A DNA stretch of 64,000 nucleotides. It comes from Huintestinicola sp. (lineage in GTDB: Bacteria > Bacillota > Clostridia > Oscillospirales > Ruminococcaceae). The notes under the pieces were generated by a model. That model was not told where the DNA came from. It saw nothing but the letters and a program-made list of their open reading frames with translations, and ran no database searches. Positions 1-9,074 of this stretch are shown here, in pieces (the first letter of the stretch is position 1; each line of letters begins with the position of its first letter). The stretch is taken from NCBI RefSeq assembly GCF_050874005.1, contig NZ_JBNMJV010000011.1, forward strand, positions 2,052-66,051, given 5' to 3'. The translations under genes and the position numbers were made by a program.

Positions 1-2
1 TA

Positions 3-236
3 TGCGACCCTGTGGCGGGACTTGTGGAAGTTCTGTGCATAAAAAGAAATTCGTATGGTGCCGTTAATGCCATCACTTCCGCCCAGCTGGCATTGGCAGG
101 TATACGAAGCGCAGTAGTACCCGACGATGTGATCGACAGTATGAAACGAATTGGGATCCTGATGCACGGCTCTCTTAAAGAAACAAGCTGTGGAGGGCTT
201 GCCGTGACCGAATCCGCAGGAAAATATTTAACTTGA
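3..236 (+). CDS. sdaA: L-serine dehydratase (Fe-S dependent) alpha subunit, 3' partial (gene starts upstream of window)
   Basis: In-frame CDPVAGLVEVLCIKRN and LKETSCGGLA match the SdaA C-terminal motifs (CDPV.GLV..PC..RN, L.ET..GGLA). Confidence 0.85.
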   Translation, partial: CDPVAGLVEVLCIKRNSYGAVNAITSAQLALAGIRSAVVPDDVIDSMKRIGILMHGSLKETSCGGLAVTESAGKYLT

Positions 237-251
237 ATATGAAATTAACGG

Positions 252-290
252 AGCAGCATAAAACAGCGTAAAATACTGTTTTATGCTGCT
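252..290 (+). terminator. Intrinsic terminator after sdaA
   Basis: 15-bp perfect inverted repeat AGCAGCATAAAACAG / CTGTTTTATGCTGCT. Confidence 0.75.
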
Positions 291-401
291 GTTTGTATTG
301 TCAGCATTTCTGTTTTATTAGTAAGTGATATACGAAAAAACTGTATTTATATATCCGTTTTAACCTTGCCGCATAAAAAATCGGAATATTTTTCAAAAAC
401 A

Positions 402-430
402 TTGAAAAAAATAATAATATATGATATAAT
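402..430 (+). promoter_or_regulatory. Sigma-A promoter of the A2M-Memo operon
   Basis: TTGAAA-17-TATAAT with TG extension; the -35 lies in a TTTTTCAA/TTGAAAAA inverted repeat. Confidence 0.6.
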
Positions 431-525
431 TGTTTTTAACAATTGGTATTATTCCCGGGAGCGGAAAAAGCCGTCTGCGGACATAGCCGCAGCCGACAAT
501 GACAATAATGTATGGAGGGATAGAT

Positions 526-3500
526 TTGAACAAAACAACGCATAAGCGCCTTGCTGCACTTCTCACGGCAGTAATAATGGCGTCAGGGGTATTTTCGGGC
601 TGTATGAACAATGCCCCTTCAGACGAGGAAATATCCGCAGCAACATCTTCTCAGGAAATCGAAGCATCGGTCTCGGAGAGCACAGAGACTGTAAGCGAAG
701 CACCGGTCACCTCGGCAGAGACATCATCGTCAGAGCCTTTGACCGAGGCATTTAAGGGCAAAATACTTTCCGTTGAGCCAACCGAGGATAAGGGCGAAGG
801 ACTTATCGGCTGTGAAAGCTCCTTTATGCTGACTCTTGACAGAGCCGTTTCCGAAGAAACACTATCGGATGCAATAACCCTTTCTCCCGACGTTCCCTTT
901 GACGTAACAGCCGGTGAGAAGGATAATTCTTTTCTCATCAAGCCCTCTGAGGAACTGCCCTCGGGTAAACTTGTAAGGCTCGGGCTCAAAAACGGCAGCG
1001 GAGACAGTCTTTATAAATGGGCGTTCCAGACAGAGGATATATTCAAAGTGAGGCAGACATATCCCGCTGACGGCAGCGACTATGTACATATCGACACAGG
1101 TATCGAGATCACTTTCAGCTCAGAGGTCGACCCCGACGCCGCAAAGGATTATTTTGAGATAACGCCGGATGTTGCGGGACGGCTTGAAAGCCACCTTTCC
1201 ACGCTGTATTTCATTCCCGACAAGTCCCTTGAAGAGGATAAGAATTACACCATTACCCTGAAAAAGGGTCTGCCATCAAAGGACAATACTGTTCTCGGGG
1301 AGGATCACAGCTTCTGCTTCAAGACCTCGAAGGACTACAGCAAAAGCTACTGTTATACCGCCGACAGCACCGAGACCTTTGTACCTGGCGATCTCACCGT
1401 CGTGGAGATATTCTGCTCCGATGACTATCTGGATACGGATTTTAATGTGGATATCTACCGTATTGACAGTCCGGACAAATATATAAGCTCCCTTGCGCAG
1501 TCAAAAAGCGGCAATGAGGTATCCACCGGAGGACTTGCAAAGGTCTATTCGGAAAAGAGCCGTCTTCGTGAGGGCGGAGATCACTATAATTCTCCCAACT
1601 TCCTTATGCTTCCCGATGATCTGGAGGAGGGCTGGTACCTTGCGGAAATAAACGCACAGTCGGGCAATAATGTAACCAAGATACAAAGACATATCCAGAT
1701 AAGCACAGTTTCCGTATATAGTGCAGGACTTCCCGGACAGGCGCAGTTTTTCATAAACGATACAAATTCGGGAAATGCCGCTTCGGGCGCAAAGATCGAG
1801 CTTACCACAGACAATGGCAGCTATACCGCCGCAGCAGACGGAGACGGTCTTGCGTTTATGGATATCCCCGAGGAAACTTACGGCAGAGGTATCTTAAAGA
1901 TCACCTATAACGGAAAGACCTATGCGGATATCTACAGCTACTCTCCCGACGGTGCCAAGGACCCGAGAGACAGCTATTTTATGTATCTCTTTACCGACAG
2001 AGAGACCTATCTCACTTCCGATACCGTGCAGGTATGGGGCGTTATCAGGTCAAGAACGGCAGATCAGACTCTCCCGGGTGATCTGAAGCTTGTTTTCGGC
2101 GAGGGACGTTATTGGGACGATAACGAAACCGTTCTTGACAGCAAAGATGTGACTCTTGGCAAGGACGGTACCTTCACCGCAGAGTTTACATATAAAAACC
2201 ATACCAATTCCTGGGGAAGTATGGTCGCCCTCTATTCGGGAGACACAAAGCTCTGCACCAAATTCGTATCCATTCAGGATTACGACAAGCCGATATATAC
2301 CGTATATGTGGACGCTCCGGATTATGTGATACTGTATGACGGCGAAACTGTTCCGGTGGAAATAAACGCAGCTTTCTATGACACAACGCCTGCCGAGGGA
2401 CTTGGATTTGAGATAAATAACTATGGGGTCACGGTGGTCTCTCCCGAAAAAATAGTGACCGATGAAAACGGATATGCAAAGGCAGAGGTAAAACTGGAAG
2501 ACAACGAGTATTTCAGGCTCTCAGGAAATTATATCAATGCCACAATATCGGGAGTGCAGGACGTATACAGCGGAGGTCATAAGACTGTTTACTCATTCAG
2601 CCGTGATATTATGGCAGAGTGTGAATGGGACAAGGAAACAGGCGAACTTGCCTTTACTGCAAATTACGTTACCCTTGACAATATTCCCGAGGGATATGTA
2701 TATGAATATGACAACTACGATGTTTTCAGAGGTGCTCCCGCAGATACGGAAATAACCGCCGAGGTTACTCATACCTACTATGTAAAGACGGAAAGCGGCA
2801 GCCATTATGATTTTCTGCAGAAGAAAAACATTACCGAATATAAGTATGAAACTGTGACGGAAGACCTGGGCGAATATAAGGTAAAGACCGAAAACGGAAA
2901 AGCCGTTATCAAAGATGTTCCTATCAAGAAAGACGATGGCAGCTATAAAATTTCCCTCTCGTGGAAGGACAGCAAGGGCAGGAATACTGTTTCCGAATAT
3001 TATCCCTGCGGATACGGCTCTTATTATTCAAACGAAAGCTCCTACAGATATTACACCTTTGAAGCCGACGAATACAATGACGTATATGATCTTAAATTTA
3101 CGGAAAACAAGTCTGTTCCCTTTACTCTGAAAAGGAACTATTCCACCGAAGATGAAAAATGCGAGGGAAGGATACTTTTTACAGTCCACGGAAATGACTT
3201 CACCGACAGCAGGATCTATACAGACTCCCGATTTGAATATACGATGACCCGTGAATGTATCCCCACAGTAAATGTCTGCGGCGCATATTTTGACGGCAGA
3301 CACGTATATCCCGTCCACGAATACTGGATGAACTTCAACTTCGACCCGTCGGAGAGAAAGATAACCCTTGATGTTTCGGCAGACAAGGAGACATATCTTC
3401 CCGGAGATACCGCCGAGGTGACCGTCAAGGCTTGCTATGAGGACGGAAAGCCTGCGGAAGGAGCGTCAGTGCTTCTGAGCGTGGTGGACGAAGCAGCATT

Positions 3501-5403
3501 TGCTATGGGCGAGCAGAACGCAGATGTTCTGGGAAAACTTTACCAGAGCATTTACATACCCTCTGTAACGGAATATTTCAGCTATGTCCAGCACACTCTC
3601 GACCGTGACGGCGGCGGAGAAAAGGGTGGAGGAGACGACGACTGGTCAGTCCGCAAGGACTTCAAGGATACGGCAATGTTCTCCGAAAGTACAGCCGACA
3701 GCTCGGGAACGGCGCATTTTACCGTTAAGCTTCCCGACAACCTCACCACCTGGAGAGCGACTGCCCTTGCAGTATCATATACCAAAGGAGAGGAAAGCGG
3801 CAAGAGCAGCGCAGTCTATGCAGGAAATACCAAATATCCCGTTGTTGTAAAGCAGCCTGTTTTCCTTACGCCAATAATGCCCGACAGCTTCCATACAGGC
3901 GATGACGTGGTGCTTGCCGCAAATCTTCACGGTTCAGAGGACGTCAGCATAACAGTAAGCGGAAACGGCGTAAATAAGACCCTTTCGGGAAAATCCGGGG
4001 ACTCCGTTTCCTTTGGCAAGCTGCCCGAGGGAGAGTATAAGGCACTTTTCAAGACCGAGGGAGAAAACGGAAAGGACGCTGCGGAATACACATTTGACGT
4101 TCGGGAAACACTTCTTGAGGTGCCCGTGATGATGGTATCGGATATTTCGGAGCTGAACTCCGCCGATTCCCTTAGATGGCCCGTGCGTATCACATTTTTC
4201 AACAAGGACTATATGCTTTATACCGATGTCCTCTATAAGCTTTCGGAATATTACGGCAGCAGGACCGATACGACTATCGCCTCAAAGTATGCAATGAAGG
4301 AGTTCGGATTTATCACCGAGGAAGAATATCTCGAATGTAAAGTAAACCTTGACAGCAAGGGCTTTGTCAAGCTCCTTGACGCTTCCGAGGGGGATGCCGG
4401 GCTCACAGCAAGGCTTCTTGCGGCAGTACCCGAGTTAATGGGCAGAAGTCTGGCTGTGGATAGCTATTATACGATCATCAACGACAGAGACTCCGCCGCT
4501 GCGGACGTTGCCGACGCATATCTGGGACTTGCCGCAATGGGTGAGCCTGTGATGATACAGCTTCGCCGTATCCTTGCCGATGAAAACAGCGGATTTGAGG
4601 GACTTGACAGGATAAAGCTCATAGCCGCCCTTGCAGTTATAGGAGACTGCGAGACTGCTTCGGGATATCTCTCCGGGTATCTTGCCGATGCCGAAAGAAC
4701 TGAGACCGACGACGGCACACAGCTTTGCATAAAAGGCTCAGATACCCTCGAATATACCAAATATGCCCTTGTTGCCGCAGCAGCTTCGGGACTTCCCGAG
4801 GCAGACGAAATGGCACGGTATATAGTGAATACCGAATATGTATATGACACCGCAGCACCCGAGCTTATCTATTATCTGAAGCACTACAGCGCCGACTCGG
4901 ATACCGATGCTGTTTTCAGCTATAACAGCGGAAATGAGGAGAAGCTTGTGACCCTTGACCGCCATTTCGGCACCTGCATAGGCTTTGGCGAGGAGCAGTT
5001 CAAGTCTGCGGACTTCAAAGCCGTTTCGGGAAATATCCGCACATTTATGAACTACAGCGGCAGAGTGACCGATATAAACAAAAAGAAAGACCTGGGCGTT
5101 ACCAAGACCCTTTCAGTCGGTTCGGGCGGATACAGACCCGGCGCTCTTGTAACGGTAAATATCACCACTTCCGAGCCTTACTGCTATGTTACCGACATTA
5201 TCCCCTCCTGCGGAAGATATGTGGACAATAACAGCTGGAGATGCTCAAAGCAGACGGTAACTCTTTATACCAATAAGGACGGCAAAGCAGGGTATAAGTT
5301 CCGCATAGCCGTTTCCGGCGAATTTGTGGCAGAGGGTGCCTATGCCTGCGGCAGGGACAATGTGTGCGGCATTTCCGAGACTCAGACCATAACCGTAAAG
5401 TAA
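526..5403 (+). CDS. Alpha-2-macroglobulin-family lipoprotein with N-terminal Ig-like (SbsA/Big_5-type) domains
   Basis: GGAGGG RBS then TTG at 526 (the ORF track opens at 499). Lipobox FSG-C. MG2-like YLFTDRETY and A2M-like VRKDFKDTA...LPDNLTTWRATALAV motifs. No CxEQ thioester motif. Confidence 0.8.
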   Translation: MNKTTHKRLAALLTAVIMASGVFSGCMNNAPSDEEISAATSSQEIEASVSESTETVSEAPVTSAETSSSEPLTEAFKGKILSVEPTEDKGEGLIGCESSFMLTLDRAVSEETLSDAITLSPDVPFDVTAGEKDNSFLIKPSEELPSGKLVRLGLKNGSGDSLYKWAFQTEDIFKVRQTYPADGSDYVHIDTGIEITFSSEVDPDAAKDYFEITPDVAGRLESHLSTLYFIPDKSLEEDKNYTITLKKGLPSKDNTVLGEDHSFCFKTSKDYSKSYCYTADSTETFVPGDLTVVEIFCSDDYLDTDFNVDIYRIDSPDKYISSLAQSKSGNEVSTGGLAKVYSEKSRLREGGDHYNSPNFLMLPDDLEEGWYLAEINAQSGNNVTKIQRHIQISTVSVYSAGLPGQAQFFINDTNSGNAASGAKIELTTDNGSYTAAADGDGLAFMDIPEETYGRGILKITYNGKTYADIYSYSPDGAKDPRDSYFMYLFTDRETYLTSDTVQVWGVIRSRTADQTLPGDLKLVFGEGRYWDDNETVLDSKDVTLGKDGTFTAEFTYKNHTNSWGSMVALYSGDTKLCTKFVSIQDYDKPIYTVYVDAPDYVILYDGETVPVEINAAFYDTTPAEGLGFEINNYGVTVVSPEKIVTDENGYAKAEVKLEDNEYFRLSGNYINATISGVQDVYSGGHKTVYSFSRDIMAECEWDKETGELAFTANYVTLDNIPEGYVYEYDNYDVFRGAPADTEITAEVTHTYYVKTESGSHYDFLQKKNITEYKYETVTEDLGEYKVKTENGKAVIKDVPIKKDDGSYKISLSWKDSKGRNTVSEYYPCGYGSYYSNESSYRYYTFEADEYNDVYDLKFTENKSVPFTLKRNYSTEDEKCEGRILFTVHGNDFTDSRIYTDSRFEYTMTRECIPTVNVCGAYFDGRHVYPVHEYWMNFNFDPSERKITLDVSADKETYLPGDTAEVTVKACYEDGKPAEGASVLLSVVDEAAFAMGEQNADVLGKLYQSIYIPSVTEYFSYVQHTLDRDGGGEKGGGDDDWSVRKDFKDTAMFSESTADSSGTAHFTVKLPDNLTTWRATALAVSYTKGEESGKSSAVYAGNTKYPVVVKQPVFLTPIMPDSFHTGDDVVLAANLHGSEDVSITVSGNGVNKTLSGKSGDSVSFGKLPEGEYKALFKTEGENGKDAAEYTFDVRETLLEVPVMMVSDISELNSADSLRWPVRITFFNKDYMLYTDVLYKLSEYYGSRTDTTIASKYAMKEFGFITEEEYLECKVNLDSKGFVKLLDASEGDAGLTARLLAAVPELMGRSLAVDSYYTIINDRDSAAADVADAYLGLAAMGEPVMIQLRRILADENSGFEGLDRIKLIAALAVIGDCETASGYLSGYLADAERTETDDGTQLCIKGSDTLEYTKYALVAAAASGLPEADEMARYIVNTEYVYDTAAPELIYYLKHYSADSDTDAVFSYNSGNEEKLVTLDRHFGTCIGFGEEQFKSADFKAVSGNIRTFMNYSGRVTDINKKKDLGVTKTLSVGSGGYRPGALVTVNITTSEPYCYVTDIIPSCGRYVDNNSWRCSKQTVTLYTNKDGKAGYKFRIAVSGEFVAEGAYACGRDNVCGISETQTITVK

Positions 5404-5404
5404 T

Positions 5405-6352
5405 ATGAAAAACAAAAAAATGACCGCTGTAATTCTCTGCACCGTCCTCCTTATGTGGGGCTGTGCGGAGAATGAGGGTGAGCAAAGCGATACCTGTATA
5501 GCAGACGAAAGCAGCGTTTTGTCCGAAACCGTCCTGACGGAAAGCAAGCAAAGCTTCGGACAGCTTGAATGTCTCTATTACAATGAAAAGGAATTCGGCG
5601 CATTAGACGGTATGAACCGCACATATGAAACAGGCGGACAGCTTATGTGCGCCACCGTTCCTCATCATCTTCTTGCAGGTGAAATGATATCCTCCGCATT
5701 CCGGACAGCCGCAGAGACACGGGAAAGTACAGATACGGTGGTGATAGTTGCCCCCATACACGAGCCGAAAGGAAATGATATCATAACCTCTCTTGCCGAC
5801 TGGAACACGCCCTTCGGCGTTCTGGAAAACGACAGAGAGCTGTCGGAGCTTTTCTCCTCAAGGCTGGGAGCGGCATATGACGACAGTATGCTTGAGACTG
5901 ACCATTCCGCTTCGGGGCTCATACCCTTTGCCGCCGGATTTTTTCCGAATGCGCAGATAGCCTGCGTGCTTATTTCGGGGCAGGCAGATGATGATATCCC
6001 CCGACAGCTTTCGGAGCTTTTAAATGAGATATCCGCAGAAAAGAACTGCTTTTTTGTGTTCTCAACGGATTTTTCTCATTACCTTGAACCACACGATGCG
6101 GACAGAATGGACGAATGTACACGCAGAGCCGTATTTGACTGTGATACCGCTGCGATCGCCGCAATGACAAATGACAACACCGATTCACCGCCGACCGTGG
6201 AGACCTTCGTGAGACTTTCCGCTCTCCTTGACTGTAACGTTTCCGAGCTTGACCACGGAAATTCAATGACCGTTTCCGGGCTGCCCTACAGCAAAGCGGC
6301 ATATCCAGAGGGAGTGACAAGCTATTTCGTTTTCGGAGCGGTAAAGCAATGA
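5405..6352 (+). CDS. Memo/AmmeMemoRadiSam protein B-like lipoprotein
   Basis: Lipobox MWG-C; motifs VPHHLLAG, APIH, DHS, STDFSHY, VTSYF; starts 1 nt after the A2M stop. Confidence 0.75.
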   Translation: MKNKKMTAVILCTVLLMWGCAENEGEQSDTCIADESSVLSETVLTESKQSFGQLECLYYNEKEFGALDGMNRTYETGGQLMCATVPHHLLAGEMISSAFRTAAETRESTDTVVIVAPIHEPKGNDIITSLADWNTPFGVLENDRELSELFSSRLGAAYDDSMLETDHSASGLIPFAAGFFPNAQIACVLISGQADDDIPRQLSELLNEISAEKNCFFVFSTDFSHYLEPHDADRMDECTRRAVFDCDTAAIAAMTNDNTDSPPTVETFVRLSALLDCNVSELDHGNSMTVSGLPYSKAAYPEGVTSYFVFGAVKQ

Positions 6353-6436
6353 AGTTTATCCAAGCCCGGGATCCGTCCCCCTTTTCGCTTTGGCGGAAAG
6401 GGGTGATCTATTATCTTTAAATCACTAAATTACCCC

Positions 6437-6465
6437 TTGCAAAAAAAACAAACCTGTGATATAAT
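6437..6465 (+). promoter_or_regulatory. Sigma-A promoter
   Basis: TTGCAA-17-TATAAT with extended -10 TG. Confidence 0.65.
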
Positions 6466-6548
6466 AGACTCATACATAAAAAATCAAATACGGGGGGAAC
6501 GGCGCAAAGCGTTCCCCTCTTTTATATCTTTATACACAGAGGTGCAAA

Positions 6549-7613
6549 ATGGAAGATAAGGAAAAAAACACCGAAAACGAGAGCAGCGAAAGCAATGAAA
6601 ACAAGGATAAAAAAAGCGAAAGGCCCAAGTCATTCTTACAGACAGTCCGTGAGATAGACGCCGCCGACAGAAAAGCGGAGCTTGCCGAGGAAGCAAGAAG
6701 AGCCGAAGAAAGAGCAAAGCGTGAGGAAAAGCAGCGCAAAGCCTACGAGGACAAGCTGAGACAGGAACGTATAGAGCTAATGAAGCTAAAGCAGGGCGTA
6801 ATTTCCGAGGAGGATATCGAGACTGTACCCGAAGAAGTCCGCACCTATACCGTTTGGGAAAAGATAGGCAACTTCTTTTATCATAACAAAGCCTTTATCA
6901 TTGTGGGAATAATGCTTGTCGCCCTTGCAGCATTTCTCATATATGACTTTATCCGCAAGGAACGCCCCGACGTGCAGTCGATGTACATTGCCGCCGATTA
7001 TGATATGAGCTACTATTCGGGAGAGCTTACCGCCCTCTGGAGCAAATACTGTCCCGACTACAACGGTGACGGCGAGCCGCTTGCCCGTCTCTATTATGTC
7101 CCCACAGGCTATGCCGATGAAACAATGGCGTCTCTTTATTATGCCCAGAGCGACCGCACAAAGCTTATCGGCGAGTTCCAGTCGGGCAATGTGGTAATGA
7201 TAATAGGCGACAAGGACGCATATCAGTCCATAGGCGCACTTGAGGACGTTTTTATGGACTGCCGTGAGATATTCCCGGATGACCCCTACGCCGAGGAAAT
7301 AGGCTACCGCCTTGCAGGGACCGACTTTATGGATATGCTGGGAGCGGACACCGTAGACGATACCGACCTTTACGTGTCGTTCAGAAAGCCTGTGGACACA
7401 ATGGGAATGAAAAAGGAAAAAATGCAGGTAAATTACGACCACGCCGTAGAATTCTGGAAAAATTTCCTTGAAGAGCACCGCATAGACGGTCTTGACCTGC
7501 CTCCCACTCCCGATGTACAGCCCCTGCCCATAGACGAGGATAATTACGACTTTATGGAAACCGCAGCCGGCACTTCTGCCGAAACAACCACCTCCTCCGG
7601 ACCCGCCGAATAA
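6549..7613 (+). CDS. Hypothetical single-pass membrane protein
   Basis: GAGGTG RBS; charged coiled-coil N-terminus; TM segment AFIIVGIMLVALAAFLIY; DxNGDG loop motif. Confidence 0.7.
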   Translation: MEDKEKNTENESSESNENKDKKSERPKSFLQTVREIDAADRKAELAEEARRAEERAKREEKQRKAYEDKLRQERIELMKLKQGVISEEDIETVPEEVRTYTVWEKIGNFFYHNKAFIIVGIMLVALAAFLIYDFIRKERPDVQSMYIAADYDMSYYSGELTALWSKYCPDYNGDGEPLARLYYVPTGYADETMASLYYAQSDRTKLIGEFQSGNVVMIIGDKDAYQSIGALEDVFMDCREIFPDDPYAEEIGYRLAGTDFMDMLGADTVDDTDLYVSFRKPVDTMGMKKEKMQVNYDHAVEFWKNFLEEHRIDGLDLPPTPDVQPLPIDEDNYDFMETAAGTSAETTTSSGPAE

Positions 7614-7645
7614 AATAAAAGAAATAAAGAAAAGAGATACATAAA

Positions 7646-8767
7646 ATGAAAAAGCTTAAAATTTCTGCCGCCGTTATGGCAGCCCTTGCGCTTGCTGCCT
7701 GCACTTCCGTTGAGGAATTTCCCGATGAAACAGACGCTCTTCCCGCAGGCGGAGATAATGTAGTATCTTCCGAGCCGCTTGCTGATGAGACCGCCGCACC
7801 CGAGACCGAATCCGTTTCTGCAGATCCGGAGACTGCTGAGACAGTCACCGAGACCGCAAAGCCTGCCGAGACCTGGACAGACTCCGAGGAACCTCCCATA
7901 GAGCTTCCCGTACAGACCGAAGAGGAAGAAAATGACCCCGACAGCATAGAAATAACCGCCATAGACCTTACATATTACGAGATAACCCTTGAAGCGGGCG
8001 AAAGCTCAATGCCCATAGTGACAATGTACCCCGAGGACGCCTCCGATAAATCGGAGATATGGAGCAGTTCGGACGAAAGCGTAGCCCGGGTGGACGATAT
8101 AGGCAATATCACCGCCATATCCGAGGGCGAATGTATAATAAAGGTGCAGTCCGCCGTATCTCCCGATGTATATGCGGAAGTAAGTGTCACCGTCACCGCC
8201 GCACCCGAGCCGGAGGAAACCAAACCTGCCGAAAGCAGCGAAAGCGACACACAGCTTACCTACATAAACGGCATACTTATCGCCAATAAGACCTATGCCC
8301 TTCCTCCCGACTATAACCCGGGCGTAGACCCCGACGCACAGGCAGCTTTTGACAAAATGCAGTCCGCCGCAGCCGCAGAGGGACTTAATATCTACATATC
8401 CTCAGGCTTCCGCTCCTATGATTATCAGGCAGGGCTGTACGAAAGATATGTGGAAAAAAGCGGCAAATCGGAAGCCGACAGATATTCCGCCCGTCCGGGA
8501 CATTCCGAGCATCAGACAGGACTTGCCTTTGATCTCAACACCATTGACATCACCTTTGCCGACACCGCCGAATACGATTGGTTAAAAGTACACTGCGCCG
8601 AATATGGCTTTATAATCCGTTATCCCGAAAACGGCGAAAGCGTTACGGGATATATGTATGAGCCGTGGCATATAAGATACCTTGGCACAGATACCGCCCA
8701 AAAGGTGTACGACAGCGGACTTACTTTAGAGGAATATCTGGGAATAGACTCGAAATACTCTGAGTAA
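7646..8767 (+). CDS. D-alanyl-D-alanine carboxypeptidase (M15B/VanY-like) lipoprotein with Ig-like domain
   Basis: Lipobox LAA-C; Big_2-like WSSSDESVARVD; SGFRSY, SARPGHSEHQTGLAFD and YEPWHIRY motifs. Confidence 0.88.
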   Translation: MKKLKISAAVMAALALAACTSVEEFPDETDALPAGGDNVVSSEPLADETAAPETESVSADPETAETVTETAKPAETWTDSEEPPIELPVQTEEEENDPDSIEITAIDLTYYEITLEAGESSMPIVTMYPEDASDKSEIWSSSDESVARVDDIGNITAISEGECIIKVQSAVSPDVYAEVSVTVTAAPEPEETKPAESSESDTQLTYINGILIANKTYALPPDYNPGVDPDAQAAFDKMQSAAAAEGLNIYISSGFRSYDYQAGLYERYVEKSGKSEADRYSARPGHSEHQTGLAFDLNTIDITFADTAEYDWLKVHCAEYGFIIRYPENGESVTGYMYEPWHIRYLGTDTAQKVYDSGLTLEEYLGIDSKYSE

Positions 8768-8808
8768 TAAATCAAATAACAATACAAATTGTAAATATGT
8801 TGTCACCC

Positions 8809-8845
8809 GACCCGAAAGTAAAATTGCTTTCGGGTCAATTTTTTT
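8809..8845 (+). terminator. Intrinsic terminator
   Basis: GACCCGAAAG / CTTTCGGGTC stem followed by a T-run. Confidence 0.75.
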
Positions 8846-8971
8846 ACCCCTCCGAGCCGTATTTTTGACACATCATTTTATAACTTTTTCATAAATTGAG
8901 CAAAAACCCCCTTAAAAGTATGATATTTCAAGTCAAAATGCAAGATTTTTATTAAAACTTGCAAAATTGTA

Positions 8972-9000
8972 TTGACAAGGAGAATTTCCTGTGATAGAAT
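8972..9000 (+). promoter_or_regulatory. Sigma-A promoter of gltBD
   Basis: TTGACA-17-TAGAAT with TG extension. Confidence 0.75.
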
Positions 9001-9074
9001 TATAATATGCCGAAAAAGCCGGGCTTTTTCAGGGAGAGTTTCGGCTTTCAGAGTATAGCAGAAAGTAAGGAGTA

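Noticed and set aside
3-60. sdaA pseudogene (VEVLC instead of VEVPC)
   Set aside because: A single substitution in a partial gene; the cysteines and reading frame are intact.
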